Assembly (NCBI GenBank): GCA_003512365.1
Contig: DORI01000095.1
Span: forward strand, 4,127 to 40,831
Reading direction: 5' to 3'
Length of the DNA stretch: 36,705 nt
From: Crocinitomicaceae bacterium
GTDB taxonomy: Bacteria; Bacteroidota; Bacteroidia; Flavobacteriales_D; Crocinitomicaceae
In this document: positions 1 through 8,543 of the stretch, in pieces
How positions within the stretch are numbered: position 1 is the stretch's first letter
Layout of the letters: each line of letters opens with the position of its first letter
Position numbers and translations under genes: made by a program
Notes under the pieces: generated by a model
What the model saw: the letters and a program-made list of their open reading frames with translations, nothing else
Database searches by the model: none
What the model was told of the DNA's origin: nothing

Positions 1-26
1 AGGAGCGCAATGCCCCGTTATTTATT

Positions 27-404
27 ATGTTCGCTTATTGTATGGTCATGTACACTTTGTTCTGGTATAAAGACCCTCAACATCTTCTACCAAGTTATGT
101 GAATTCCTTACCCTTGACGGGTGCTGCTGTGGCGCTAGCCTTTGCTATAATAAACAACTGGACTAAAATCTCCTTACATGCCGGTGGAGCGGGTATATTG
201 GTGGGTTATTTGGTGGCGTTTCAAGCTAATCATATACAATCTTCTGTTGAACCTGTATTAATTAGCGTATTGCTTTCTGGACTCATCATGAGCTCTCGGT
301 ATATCCTAAACAAACATACCTTGATGCAACTTAATATTGGCTGGGCAGTAGCAGCGGTATTTTCATTTTTATTGAACTATTTTTATCCCTTATTTAACAA
401 ATGA
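27..404 (+). CDS. Polytopic membrane protein, probably the C-terminal part of a longer gene (possible PAP2-like)
   Basis: ORF track 27..404. The frame has no stop back to nt 3, so the true start may lie upstream of the window. It has several hydrophobic helices. SLHAGG and SRYILNKH loosely resemble PAP2 C2/C3 motifs (tentative). It shares an ATGA overlap with the next gene. Confidence 0.55.
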   Translation: MFAYCMVMYTLFWYKDPQHLLPSYVNSLPLTGAAVALAFAIINNWTKISLHAGGAGILVGYLVAFQANHIQSSVEPVLISVLLSGLIMSSRYILNKHTLMQLNIGWAVAAVFSFLLNYFYPLFNK

Positions 405-943
405 AACTTTTGTCTTTTTTTATTTTACTAGTTGTATATTCTTGTTCTTTTTTAGATAAGGAAAGAACGGAGTACTTTAATCAACTAGACCAACTTGAAA
501 GTGAAATTAATGCCCTAGAGAGCAAATTGCTTTCTAATGAAATTGACACCATAGCGGCACTGCAGCGGGCAACAAACTCTGTAGAGTTACGATTTAAAAA
601 CTACTTAGTATTGGATACCATAAATATGCCCTTAGCAAAAAAACTTAATGAATATAAAGTAATGAGGCGTGCCTTAGGCCCATTAGGCGCACAATTTCAA
701 AAAGGTAAAAAATCGTTGCGAGAAGAACGCGAGACCTTAAAAAAACTTAGAACTGATATTGAAAATGGAAGTGGGAAAAGAGAAAAATACGGTGATTACA
801 TTTCCTTCGAAAGAGAAAAGGTTAAAAAAATTAGCATACTTATTGATGATTACATCAAACAGAAAAATAAGAACATGAATACATTCCATACGCTACATCC
901 AGAATTAAATGAATTTTCACTTTCCCTGTTGACAAAAAAATGA
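401..943 (+). CDS. Small coiled-coil lipoprotein, function unknown
   Basis: MKLLSFFILLVVYSC is a lipoprotein-type signal peptide, and the rest is charged and helical. ATGA overlaps occur at both ends (401-404 and 940-943). Confidence 0.6.
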   Translation: MKLLSFFILLVVYSCSFLDKERTEYFNQLDQLESEINALESKLLSNEIDTIAALQRATNSVELRFKNYLVLDTINMPLAKKLNEYKVMRRALGPLGAQFQKGKKSLREERETLKKLRTDIENGSGKREKYGDYISFEREKVKKISILIDDYIKQKNKNMNTFHTLHPELNEFSLSLLTKK

Positions 944-2781
944 TGCCTACTGAAGTTAGAATTTTGTTGGTAATTTTATTCTTAGGGTTTTCTTCCTCAA
1001 GCATTGCACAGCCTGCAGGTCAAAACGACCTACAATTAGCACAGTATTATTATTCAAATGGAGATTTTGAGAAGGCAACAATTTATTACGAAAAGTTATA
1101 TGCCAAAGATCCGTCAAAACAAATATTTCTTCGATATGTAGATTGTCTAATGCAATCTAAACAATATAAAACCATTGAAAAAATTTACAAACGTCAAATT
1201 AACTCGAACAGACAAGATTTCGACCTTCAAGTATCATTTGGACAATTTTACGAGGACATCGGAGAGCCTGTTAAATCAACCTCCATTTACGAAAATCTAA
1301 TTAAAAATTTACCTCCCTCTCCCACAAAAATCATTGAATTATACCGATCATTCCTCTCAAGAAAAAAATTAGACTTAGCTTTCGATTGCCTCAAGAAAGG
1401 AAAAAAAATAACCTCCTCGGGTTTTGAACTTCAGTTTTCAGAACTACATTTTTTAAGAGGAGAGAAAAAAGAAATGATTGAAGTTCTTGTTGTTTTTTTA
1501 GGTCAGAATCCCGAGATGCTCGACAACGTGCAACAATTATTGGCAAGTAAATTAAATCTTGAAGATCCGTCGAGTGCCGATTATTTAATAACAAAAGAAA
1601 TACTAGTATCGACGGCCCAAAAGTCAAATTCCCCTTTGATTATTTCCGAACTGGTAACGTGGATGTTCATACAATCCAAAAATTTCTCCGCTGCTTACAA
1701 TCAAACTGTTTCCCTAGAAAAACGTCTTGGAGGAGATGGATATCGAATTTATGATTTAGCGGTAATTTGTATGGAAAATAAAGCATATGAGGCGGCTCGA
1801 AAATGTTACTCCTACATATTAAATCAACCAAACTCTGAGTATATTATTGAAGCGCAACGAGGCTTGCTGAATGCTAGATACCTAGAACTTACAACGAATA
1901 GGAATTACAACGAGCAGGAAATTTCTGCCACAATCTTGGAATATGAACAGGCCTTGAGTAAGTATGGTAAGCAAGTAAAGACGCATTCGATAATTATAGA
2001 ATTGTCGCATATTTTGGCCTATTATGCTAATAAATCTTCCTCTGCCATTAGCCTATTAAAAGAAGCTTTGGCAATTTCCGGATTAACGGATATGCAGAAA
2101 GCTCAACTAAAAATGCAACTTGCAGACATCTATGTGTTAAGTGATGATATTTGGGAAGCCTCGCTTTTATATATGCAAATCGATAAGGATTTTAAATTTG
2201 AAGCAATTGGAAATGAAGCAAAGTATAAAAATGCCAGGATCTTTTATTACGATGGAGAATTTAATTATGCTCAGGCCCAGTTGGATGTGTTGAAAGAATC
2301 AACATCTAAATTGATAGCGAACGATGCCATTCAACTTTCGGTAACGATCACCGATAATTTTGGTTTAGACAGTAATTTTCAAGCCATGTTTTGGTTTGCA
2401 AAGTCTGAACTTCTCATTGAACAGCACAAATACAACGAGGCATTTCAATTAATGGATAGTATTCGCATCAACTTTCCTTATCATTCATTGGCCGACGAAA
2501 TGATGATGCGTAAGGGAAATGCAATGGAAATGCAAGGAAAATGGCTAGATGCCATAGCGTATTACGAAGATGTGTTGAAACTTCACCCTAAGGACATTCT
2601 AGCTGATGATGCGCTATTCCGCATCGGGGATATTAAAGAAAACATATTGTCGGAAAAAGAACAAGCGCTTGAAATTTACAAGCGCTTGTTAATGGATTAT
2701 AAATCGAGTTTATTTGGTGCTGAAGCTAGAAAACGTGTTCGAGCTATACGAGGCGACCAATTTATAGACGACGATCTTTGA
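940..2781 (+). CDS. Tetratricopeptide-repeat (TPR) protein, secreted or periplasmic
   Basis: 613 aa with an N-terminal signal peptide. TPR-like helical pairs recur throughout (e.g. LAQYYYSNGDFEKATIYYEKLY, AIAYYEDVLKLHP). Confidence 0.75.
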   Translation: MMPTEVRILLVILFLGFSSSSIAQPAGQNDLQLAQYYYSNGDFEKATIYYEKLYAKDPSKQIFLRYVDCLMQSKQYKTIEKIYKRQINSNRQDFDLQVSFGQFYEDIGEPVKSTSIYENLIKNLPPSPTKIIELYRSFLSRKKLDLAFDCLKKGKKITSSGFELQFSELHFLRGEKKEMIEVLVVFLGQNPEMLDNVQQLLASKLNLEDPSSADYLITKEILVSTAQKSNSPLIISELVTWMFIQSKNFSAAYNQTVSLEKRLGGDGYRIYDLAVICMENKAYEAARKCYSYILNQPNSEYIIEAQRGLLNARYLELTTNRNYNEQEISATILEYEQALSKYGKQVKTHSIIIELSHILAYYANKSSSAISLLKEALAISGLTDMQKAQLKMQLADIYVLSDDIWEASLLYMQIDKDFKFEAIGNEAKYKNARIFYYDGEFNYAQAQLDVLKESTSKLIANDAIQLSVTITDNFGLDSNFQAMFWFAKSELLIEQHKYNEAFQLMDSIRINFPYHSLADEMMMRKGNAMEMQGKWLDAIAYYEDVLKLHPKDILADDALFRIGDIKENILSEKEQALEIYKRLLMDYKSSLFGAEARKRVRAIRGDQFIDDDL

Positions 2782-3978
2782 TTAAAGATTAGGCATTTCA
2801 CGCGTAAAGGAAGGTATTCCCGTAACGTCCATCCCTGTTATCAATAAGTGAATGTCGTGTGTTCCTTCATAGGTGACGACAGATTCTAAGTTTGCCATAT
2901 GCCGCATCATAGAATATTCACTCGTAATACCCATTCCGCCATGAATTTGTCTCGCTTCACGTGCTATGTTTAAGGCAATCTCTACATTGTTCCTTTTGGC
3001 CATTGAAATTTGAGCAGATGTTGCTTTCCCTTCGTTTCTAAGTTGACCTAAACGTAGCGTCAACAATTGAGCCTTAGTGATTTCAGTAATCATTTCAGCC
3101 AATTTTTTCTGAATTAATTGAAACGCACCTATTGGAACATTAAATTGCGTTCGTTCTTTGGAATAACGCAGCGCTTGATCATAACAATCCATTGCAGCAC
3201 CTAGGGCTCCCCATGCAATTCCAAAACGTGCAGAATCCAAACAGCTTAAAGGCGCACCAAGACCAGTTCTTCCGGGAAGTATATTGCTTTTAGGCACTTT
3301 GACATCTACAAAAATAAGTTCTCCAGTAGCTGAAGCTCGCAGGGACAATTTGCCGTGCATTTCTGGTGTCGAGAAACCTTCCATCCCACGTTCAACAACC
3401 AATCCATGAATTCTCCCTGCTTCATCTTTAGCCCAAACAACAGCAATGTGAGCGAAAGGTGCATTTGAAATCCACATTTTTGCACCATTCAAGATAACAT
3501 TGTCGCCCGCGTCTTTAAAATTAGTAATCATACCGCCTGGGTTAGAGCCGTGATCTGGTTCAGTTAAACCAAAACAACCCATCATTTCTCCAGTCGCTAA
3601 TTTTGGAAGGTATTTCTTCTTTTGTTCTTCTGAGCCATATTTCCAAATTGGATACATCACCAAAGACGATTGAACTGATGCCGTTGAACGCAATCCTGAA
3701 TCACAGCGCTCTAATTCCTGCATTATTAATCCATAAGATATTTGGTCCAAACCAGGACCTCCATATTCTTCAGGAATGTAAGGGCCAAACGCACCGATTT
3801 CTCCAAGACCTTTCAGCAAATGCATTGGAAATGTAGCGTTTTCGTAGTGCTCATCAATGATTGGAGACACTTCTTTTTTTACCCAAGCACGCGCAGCATC
3901 CCGCACTAATTTGTGCTCATCGGATAACAAATCGTCCATGTTGTAATAATCAGGGTGAACATATTGATCAGTTCTCAT
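2782..3978 (-). CDS. gcdH: Acyl-CoA dehydrogenase, glutaryl-CoA dehydrogenase-like
   Basis: 398 aa with an ATG start. The GCFGLTEPDHGSNPGGM and YEGTHDIH motifs are typical of the glutaryl-CoA dehydrogenase branch of acyl-CoA dehydrogenases. Confidence 0.85.
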   Translation of the reverse strand: MRTDQYVHPDYYNMDDLLSDEHKLVRDAARAWVKKEVSPIIDEHYENATFPMHLLKGLGEIGAFGPYIPEEYGGPGLDQISYGLIMQELERCDSGLRSTASVQSSLVMYPIWKYGSEEQKKKYLPKLATGEMMGCFGLTEPDHGSNPGGMITNFKDAGDNVILNGAKMWISNAPFAHIAVVWAKDEAGRIHGLVVERGMEGFSTPEMHGKLSLRASATGELIFVDVKVPKSNILPGRTGLGAPLSCLDSARFGIAWGALGAAMDCYDQALRYSKERTQFNVPIGAFQLIQKKLAEMITEITKAQLLTLRLGQLRNEGKATSAQISMAKRNNVEIALNIAREARQIHGGMGITSEYSMMRHMANLESVVTYEGTHDIHLLITGMDVTGIPSFTREMPNL

Positions 3979-3997
3979 AACTTTATTATTTTGACTG

Positions 3998-4005
3998 CAA
4001 AAATA
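3998..4005 (-). promoter_or_regulatory. Candidate Bacteroidota -7 box (TATTTTTG) for the gcdH-like gene
   Basis: The minus-strand sequence TATTTTTG matches TAnnTTTG and lies 19 nt upstream of the ATG at 3978. Confidence 0.35.
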
Positions 4006-4054
4006 AGCATAAAGTCAATGACAAGCCATCGTATTTCTTATTATTTTCGCGCAC

Positions 4055-4741
4055 ATGATTTGGTTGTCTGTACAGTTTTATTCCTTAGACTTGGTTTTGC
4101 ATGAACGCAATACTGGAATGACCTCTGCCTTACTTTTTGCCGTACTATTTGGATTTTTACTAATCGGTCTTGCTCGACTAAGTTACCCGAATCTATTTAG
4201 CATACTGCTTAAAAATTTCATCCGAATGAAACCTATTGATAATTCATTTGGAGAAGATAAAAAAATCAGCATTGGAACAAGTCTGCTTTTGAATGTCAAC
4301 TTTGTTTTTAGTCTTGGTTTAAGTTTGTTTCTTCTTGCAAAAAACCAACTTGACGTTGGTCTAGCCACACTTATTGCTGGAGGAGGCGCTCTCACCTACT
4401 TTGCCATTAATCAAATCGGCTTTCGAATTGTTTCAGTGGTTTCTGGTGAATCCAAACTTATCGATAACTTATCATTTATAAGTTCATCACTCCTGAATTT
4501 TGGTGGCGTTTTTCTTTTAATATTGGCGTTGATTTGGGCGTTAAACCCCGATTTGACCTATCTGTTGAGTTGGGTTTTGATAGTTTTTTTGTTTATATTT
4601 TATATCATTCGGATTTTCAAAGGCTTAAACATTACTTTTCGTCAGAAAATAAGTTGGTATTATTTAATTTTATATCTTTGCACCATTGAAATATTACCTG
4701 TTTTGATTGTTTCAAGAATCATCTGGCTAGAGTTTCAATAA
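4055..4741 (+). CDS. Multi-pass membrane protein (DUF4271-like)
   Basis: 228 aa with about 6 TM helices. Its position directly upstream of the hemD-like gene matches the conserved Bacteroidota arrangement. The family name is recalled from memory. Confidence 0.7.
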   Translation: MIWLSVQFYSLDLVLHERNTGMTSALLFAVLFGFLLIGLARLSYPNLFSILLKNFIRMKPIDNSFGEDKKISIGTSLLLNVNFVFSLGLSLFLLAKNQLDVGLATLIAGGGALTYFAINQIGFRIVSVVSGESKLIDNLSFISSSLLNFGGVFLLILALIWALNPDLTYLLSWVLIVFLFIFYIIRIFKGLNITFRQKISWYYLILYLCTIEILPVLIVSRIIWLEFQ

Positions 4742-4770
4742 AGGAGATAGTTTTATTTAAACTTTGAGCG

Positions 4771-5520
4771 TTGGCAATAAAAAGTATTTTAGTCTCTCAA
4801 CCCAAGCCAGAAGGTGAAAAATCACCTTATTACGATTTAGCGGAAAAATATAAACTGAAAATTGACTTTCGACAATTCATAAAAGTTGAAGGTGTTGATG
4901 CAAAAGATTTTCGTGCTCAAAAAGTCAATCTACAAGACCATACAGCAATTATTTTAACTTCTAAAGTTGCGGTAGATCATTTCTTTAGAATAGCTGAAGA
5001 AACACGTTTTGAGGTTCCAGACACCATGAAATATTTCTGTATTACTGAAGCTGTAGCGCTTTATTTACAAAAATATGTGGCGTATCGTAAACGCAAGATT
5101 TTCTTCGGAAAACAAACGATTGATGAATTGGCTGATATCATGAAAAAACACAAAGAGGAAAAATTTCTTCTTCCATGTACAGACATTCTTCGAGACAATA
5201 TACCCGACACCTTAGAAAAGCAATTATTACCATTCACAAAAGTTATATTGTATAGAACAGTAGCTGCTGACTTATCTGATTTAGAGAATGTTTATTACGA
5301 TATGTTAGTCTTCTTTAGTCCAGGGGGAATAGAATCTTTATTCAAGAATTTTCCGGATTTTAAGCAAAATGAAACAGTGATTGCGGCATTTGGGCCGACT
5401 ACGGCAAATGCAGTGGTGAAACACAATCTTCGCTTGGATGTTCACGCCCCACATCCTAAAGCACCATCCATGGTGGGAGCAATTGAGTTGTTTATAAAAG
5501 AGCAGCTGAAAAAAAAGTAA
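4771..5520 (+). CDS. hemD: Uroporphyrinogen-III synthase (HemD-like)
   Basis: 249 aa with a TTG start. The N-terminus SILVSQPKPE and the overall length and pattern match Bacteroidota HemD-family proteins. Confidence 0.8.
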   Translation: MAIKSILVSQPKPEGEKSPYYDLAEKYKLKIDFRQFIKVEGVDAKDFRAQKVNLQDHTAIILTSKVAVDHFFRIAEETRFEVPDTMKYFCITEAVALYLQKYVAYRKRKIFFGKQTIDELADIMKKHKEEKFLLPCTDILRDNIPDTLEKQLLPFTKVILYRTVAADLSDLENVYYDMLVFFSPGGIESLFKNFPDFKQNETVIAAFGPTTANAVVKHNLRLDVHAPHPKAPSMVGAIELFIKEQLKKK

Positions 5521-5521
5521 G

Positions 5522-6205
5522 TTACGTTAAGTTTAAACTAGGTAGAACTTCTACCGCTGATCCCTGGTATTGTTCAAAAAAACTTGGTATGTTAAATTCA
5601 TTCACATGTAGATCGACAATTATTTTTCGGCAATTTGATGACGCTTCATGAATGAGCCCTGCAGCTGGATACACCTGAAGGGAGGTTCCGATGACAAGTA
5701 AAATATCAGCTGAAGCGATAATTTCTGCTGCTTGTTGGTAAGCTGGAACATCTTCTCCAAACCAAACCACATGAGGGCGAAGGCGGTATCCATCATCACA
5801 TACATCACTTATTTTTAGTTCCCATCCGTTAACGGGATAATACTTTTTTTCTTGATTTGGCCCAGAGGATTTTGCCATCCTTATATTACCATGAAGATGC
5901 AGCACATTACGAGAGCCAGCTCGTTCGTGTAAATCATCTATGTTTTGCGTAATGACGAATGTTTCAAAGCTTTCTTCCCATTTCACAAGTTGAATGTGTG
6001 CTTCATTTGGAAATGATTCAAGAATCTGTTTTCTGCGTTGGTTGTAAAAATCAGATACTAAATTTGCATCCTTTTTCCACGCTTTAGGTGTTGCCACATC
6101 TTCAATGTTGTGTTTTTCCCATAAACCACCACTGTCGCGAAAAGTAGAAATTCCACTTTCAGCACTCATACCTGCTCCTGAAAAAACCACTAATTTCTTT
6201 TTCAT
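5522..6205 (-). CDS. cobB: Sir2-family NAD-dependent protein deacylase
   Basis: Sirtuin motifs are present: GAGMSAESGISTFRD, ITQNIDDLHERAG, LHLHG and VIGTSLQVYPAA. The ATG at 6205 (MKKKLVVFSGAG) is preferred over the GTG at 6232. Confidence 0.85.
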   Translation of the reverse strand: MKKKLVVFSGAGMSAESGISTFRDSGGLWEKHNIEDVATPKAWKKDANLVSDFYNQRRKQILESFPNEAHIQLVKWEESFETFVITQNIDDLHERAGSRNVLHLHGNIRMAKSSGPNQEKKYYPVNGWELKISDVCDDGYRLRPHVVWFGEDVPAYQQAAEIIASADILLVIGTSLQVYPAAGLIHEASSNCRKIIVDLHVNEFNIPSFFEQYQGSAVEVLPSLNLT

Positions 6206-6257
6206 ATTGAAAGTTTGTGTTAAATTTACCACTCTAATAATATTAAAAAAATCAACT

Positions 6258-7718
6258 ATGAAAAAATTATTACTAAGTATCGCTGTTTTTGCAGGTATTG
6301 GTGGGTTAAAAGCTCAAACTCCTGTTGGAACTGTAGTTAACAATTTCACATTGACAGATATCAATGGAACAACACACGACTTGTTTTCTTACTTGGACGC
6401 AGGTAAAATGGTTGTCATTGATGTATCTGCAACTTGGTGTGGACCTTGTTGGTCATATCATAACACTGGTGCATTAAATAATTTCTATAACCAATATGGC
6501 CCAAGTGGAACAAATCAAGCTATGGTTTTCTTTGTAGAGGGTGATCCATCTACGACATCTGCTGACTTAAATGGAACAGGCGCCAATACTCAAGGAAATT
6601 GGGTTTCAGGTGAAAACATGCCAATCATTGACTTGGCCACTTCGGCATCGTTCGAAAATACTGGAATGTCGATTGATTACTTTCCTGAAATGTATGTTAT
6701 TTGTCCTAATCGCGTAATTGTTGCATCAGGAGTAGCAGGAGCAATTGGTTCTGTTACTAATTTAGCAAGCTACTTAGGGCAATGTCCTCCTCCAGCATCT
6801 CAACCAGTTGATGTTTCTGCATTGTCATACAAGGGTGATTTAGTACATTGCGAAGGGTCTTACACGCCAAAAGTTCAAATTCAAAATAACGGAACTACTG
6901 CCTTAACCTCTGCGACTATAACAGTTACTCAAGGTGGAAATACGGTATCAACAGGCACTTATTCTGGAAATTTAGCTACCTATGGTGTTGCAACTGTGAA
7001 TTGTACTCCAATCGCTAACTTTACAGGAGGAGCTTTAGCAGTGACCGTTACAACAACAGGCGATGCTGAAGCGATAAACAATGTAGTTAATGCTTCAATT
7101 GGATTAGCCGTTAATGCGGTTTCTCAAATAGTAACTGTAGATATTACTACAGATCGTTATGCTTCTGAGACATCTTGGAATATCAAAAATGCAGCAGGCG
7201 CTGTTGTTGCTTCAGGTGGTGGGTCCTGGACTGATTTAACCGCAAATGGTACAACAGTAAGACCACAGGTCACTGCAAACTTACAACCAAGCTCATGTTA
7301 TACATTTGAAATTTTAGATGCGTATGGAGACGGTATCTGCTGTTCATACGGAAATGGGGTTTACGCCGTAAAAGACGTGAATGGAACGGTATTGGCAACA
7401 GGTGGTGAATTTGCAGACAATGAGGTTTCTGCATTTAAAACTGGTGTTCTTTCAGTTAATGAGTTGAATACTATTGCTTTGAATGTATTCCCTAACCCTG
7501 CAACAGAAGCTGTAAATGTTGTGTTTGAAGCAACAGCTTCTGATTACGCTGTATCTCTTTCAGACTTACAAGGAAGAACAGTAGCTTCTCAAACTATTGA
7601 GAACGCTAATGGAACTCAAACCATCGTTTTCGCAACAGATAATGTAGCGAAAGGTAGTTACATCGTAACTGTTCGTTCGAATGGTGCGACTACTACAAAA
7701 AATGTGGTTGTTAAATAA
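6258..7718 (+). CDS. Secreted thioredoxin/redoxin-fold protein with a T9SS C-terminal sorting domain
   Basis: The ATG at 6258 gives the signal peptide MKKLLLSIAVFAGIGGLKAQ. A WCGPC motif lies at 6435-6449. The middle is Thr/Val-rich and Ig-like, followed by a Cys-rich module (YGDGICC). The C-terminus LNVFPNPATEAVNVVFEA...YIVTVRSNG is typical of T9SS type A sorting domains. Confidence 0.8.
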   Translation: MKKLLLSIAVFAGIGGLKAQTPVGTVVNNFTLTDINGTTHDLFSYLDAGKMVVIDVSATWCGPCWSYHNTGALNNFYNQYGPSGTNQAMVFFVEGDPSTTSADLNGTGANTQGNWVSGENMPIIDLATSASFENTGMSIDYFPEMYVICPNRVIVASGVAGAIGSVTNLASYLGQCPPPASQPVDVSALSYKGDLVHCEGSYTPKVQIQNNGTTALTSATITVTQGGNTVSTGTYSGNLATYGVATVNCTPIANFTGGALAVTVTTTGDAEAINNVVNASIGLAVNAVSQIVTVDITTDRYASETSWNIKNAAGAVVASGGGSWTDLTANGTTVRPQVTANLQPSSCYTFEILDAYGDGICCSYGNGVYAVKDVNGTVLATGGEFADNEVSAFKTGVLSVNELNTIALNVFPNPATEAVNVVFEATASDYAVSLSDLQGRTVASQTIENANGTQTIVFATDNVAKGSYIVTVRSNGATTTKNVVVK

Positions 7719-7735
7719 TAATTTTCTTTTCTTTT

Positions 7736-7768
7736 AAAAAGGCTGTGTAATACACAGCCTTTTTTTTT
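7736..7768 (+). terminator. Rho-independent terminator after the T9SS gene
   Basis: GGCTGTG (7741-7747), loop TAATA, then CACAGCC (7753-7759), followed by T9 (7760-7768). The hairpin is preceded by an A5 run. Confidence 0.8.
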
Positions 7769-7832
7769 AGTTTTTTTCTTCCCGCTTTTATTTTTTAGTT
7801 TTTTATTGTTTAACTTCGACGTATACCCTAGT

Positions 7833-8543
7833 ATGACGCGTTCGATAATCATTATTCCTACTTACAACGAGATTAACAATGTTGAGTCCATGACGCGCGC
7901 CATATTTAGTCAAGAGCTCGATTGTCATGTTTTATTTATTGACGACAACAGCCCTGATGGAACGGCCGATAAAATTCAGAGCTTACAAACAGAATTTGAT
8001 GGTAAGGTTTTTTTAGAGAAACGTTCTGGAAAGCTTGGATTAGGAACTGCCTATGTTCATGGTTTCAACTATTGTTTAAGCAAAGGGTATACACATGTTT
8101 TTGAGATGGATTGTGATTTTTCACATGACCCAAAAGATTTAAAAAGACTAAGAGAAGCCTGTGATAACGGAGCAGATCTAGCCATAGGTTCGAGGTATTG
8201 TGCAGGCGGTAAAATCGAAAATTGGCCTCTTTCTCGTTGGTTGATTTCTTATTTTGCAAGTGTTTATGTAAGGGCAATATTGTGGATTGGTATCAAAGAC
8301 ACTACCGCTGGATTTAAATGCTACAAAAGAGAGGTCTTAGAAAAGATCAAACTTCAAAATATACCTTTCAAAGGATATGCATTTCAAGTTTGCATGAAGT
8401 ATGCAGCAATTAAAAAAGGTTTTAAACTCAAAGAGATTCCAATAACATTCGTAGATAGACAATTTGGGGAATCAAAAATGAGTACAAAAATATTCAAAGA
8501 GGCTTTTTTTGGTGTTTGGAAAATGAAAAAAATGGACTTATGA
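7833..8543 (+). CDS. GT2 glycosyltransferase, polyprenol/dolichyl-phosphate mannose synthase-like
   Basis: IIIPTYNE, FIDDNSPDGT and EMDCDFSH motifs are present. The ATG at 7833 is preferred over the TTG at 7806. An ATGA overlap joins it to pyrC. Confidence 0.85.
   Translation: MTRSIIIIPTYNEINNVESMTRAIFSQELDCHVLFIDDNSPDGTADKIQSLQTEFDGKVFLEKRSGKLGLGTAYVHGFNYCLSKGYTHVFEMDCDFSHDPKDLKRLREACDNGADLAIGSRYCAGGKIENWPLSRWLISYFASVYVRAILWIGIKDTTAGFKCYKREVLEKIKLQNIPFKGYAFQVCMKYAAIKKGFKLKEIPITFVDRQFGESKMSTKIFKEAFFGVWKMKKMDL

Noticed and set aside
5522-6205. SIR2-domain protein as a possible defence effector (Thoeris, DSR or SIR2-HerA type).
   Set aside because: It has the size and motifs of a stand-alone CobB-type deacylase. 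It has no fused sensor domain and no partner gene (TIR, HerA, pAgo), and it sits among housekeeping genes.
6105-6257. 5' extension of the T9SS/thioredoxin ORF (the track starts it at 6105).
   Set aside because: The extension overlaps the sirtuin gene on the opposite strand and has no signal peptide. The ATG at 6258 gives a textbook signal peptide, MKKLLLSIAVFAGIGGLKAQ.
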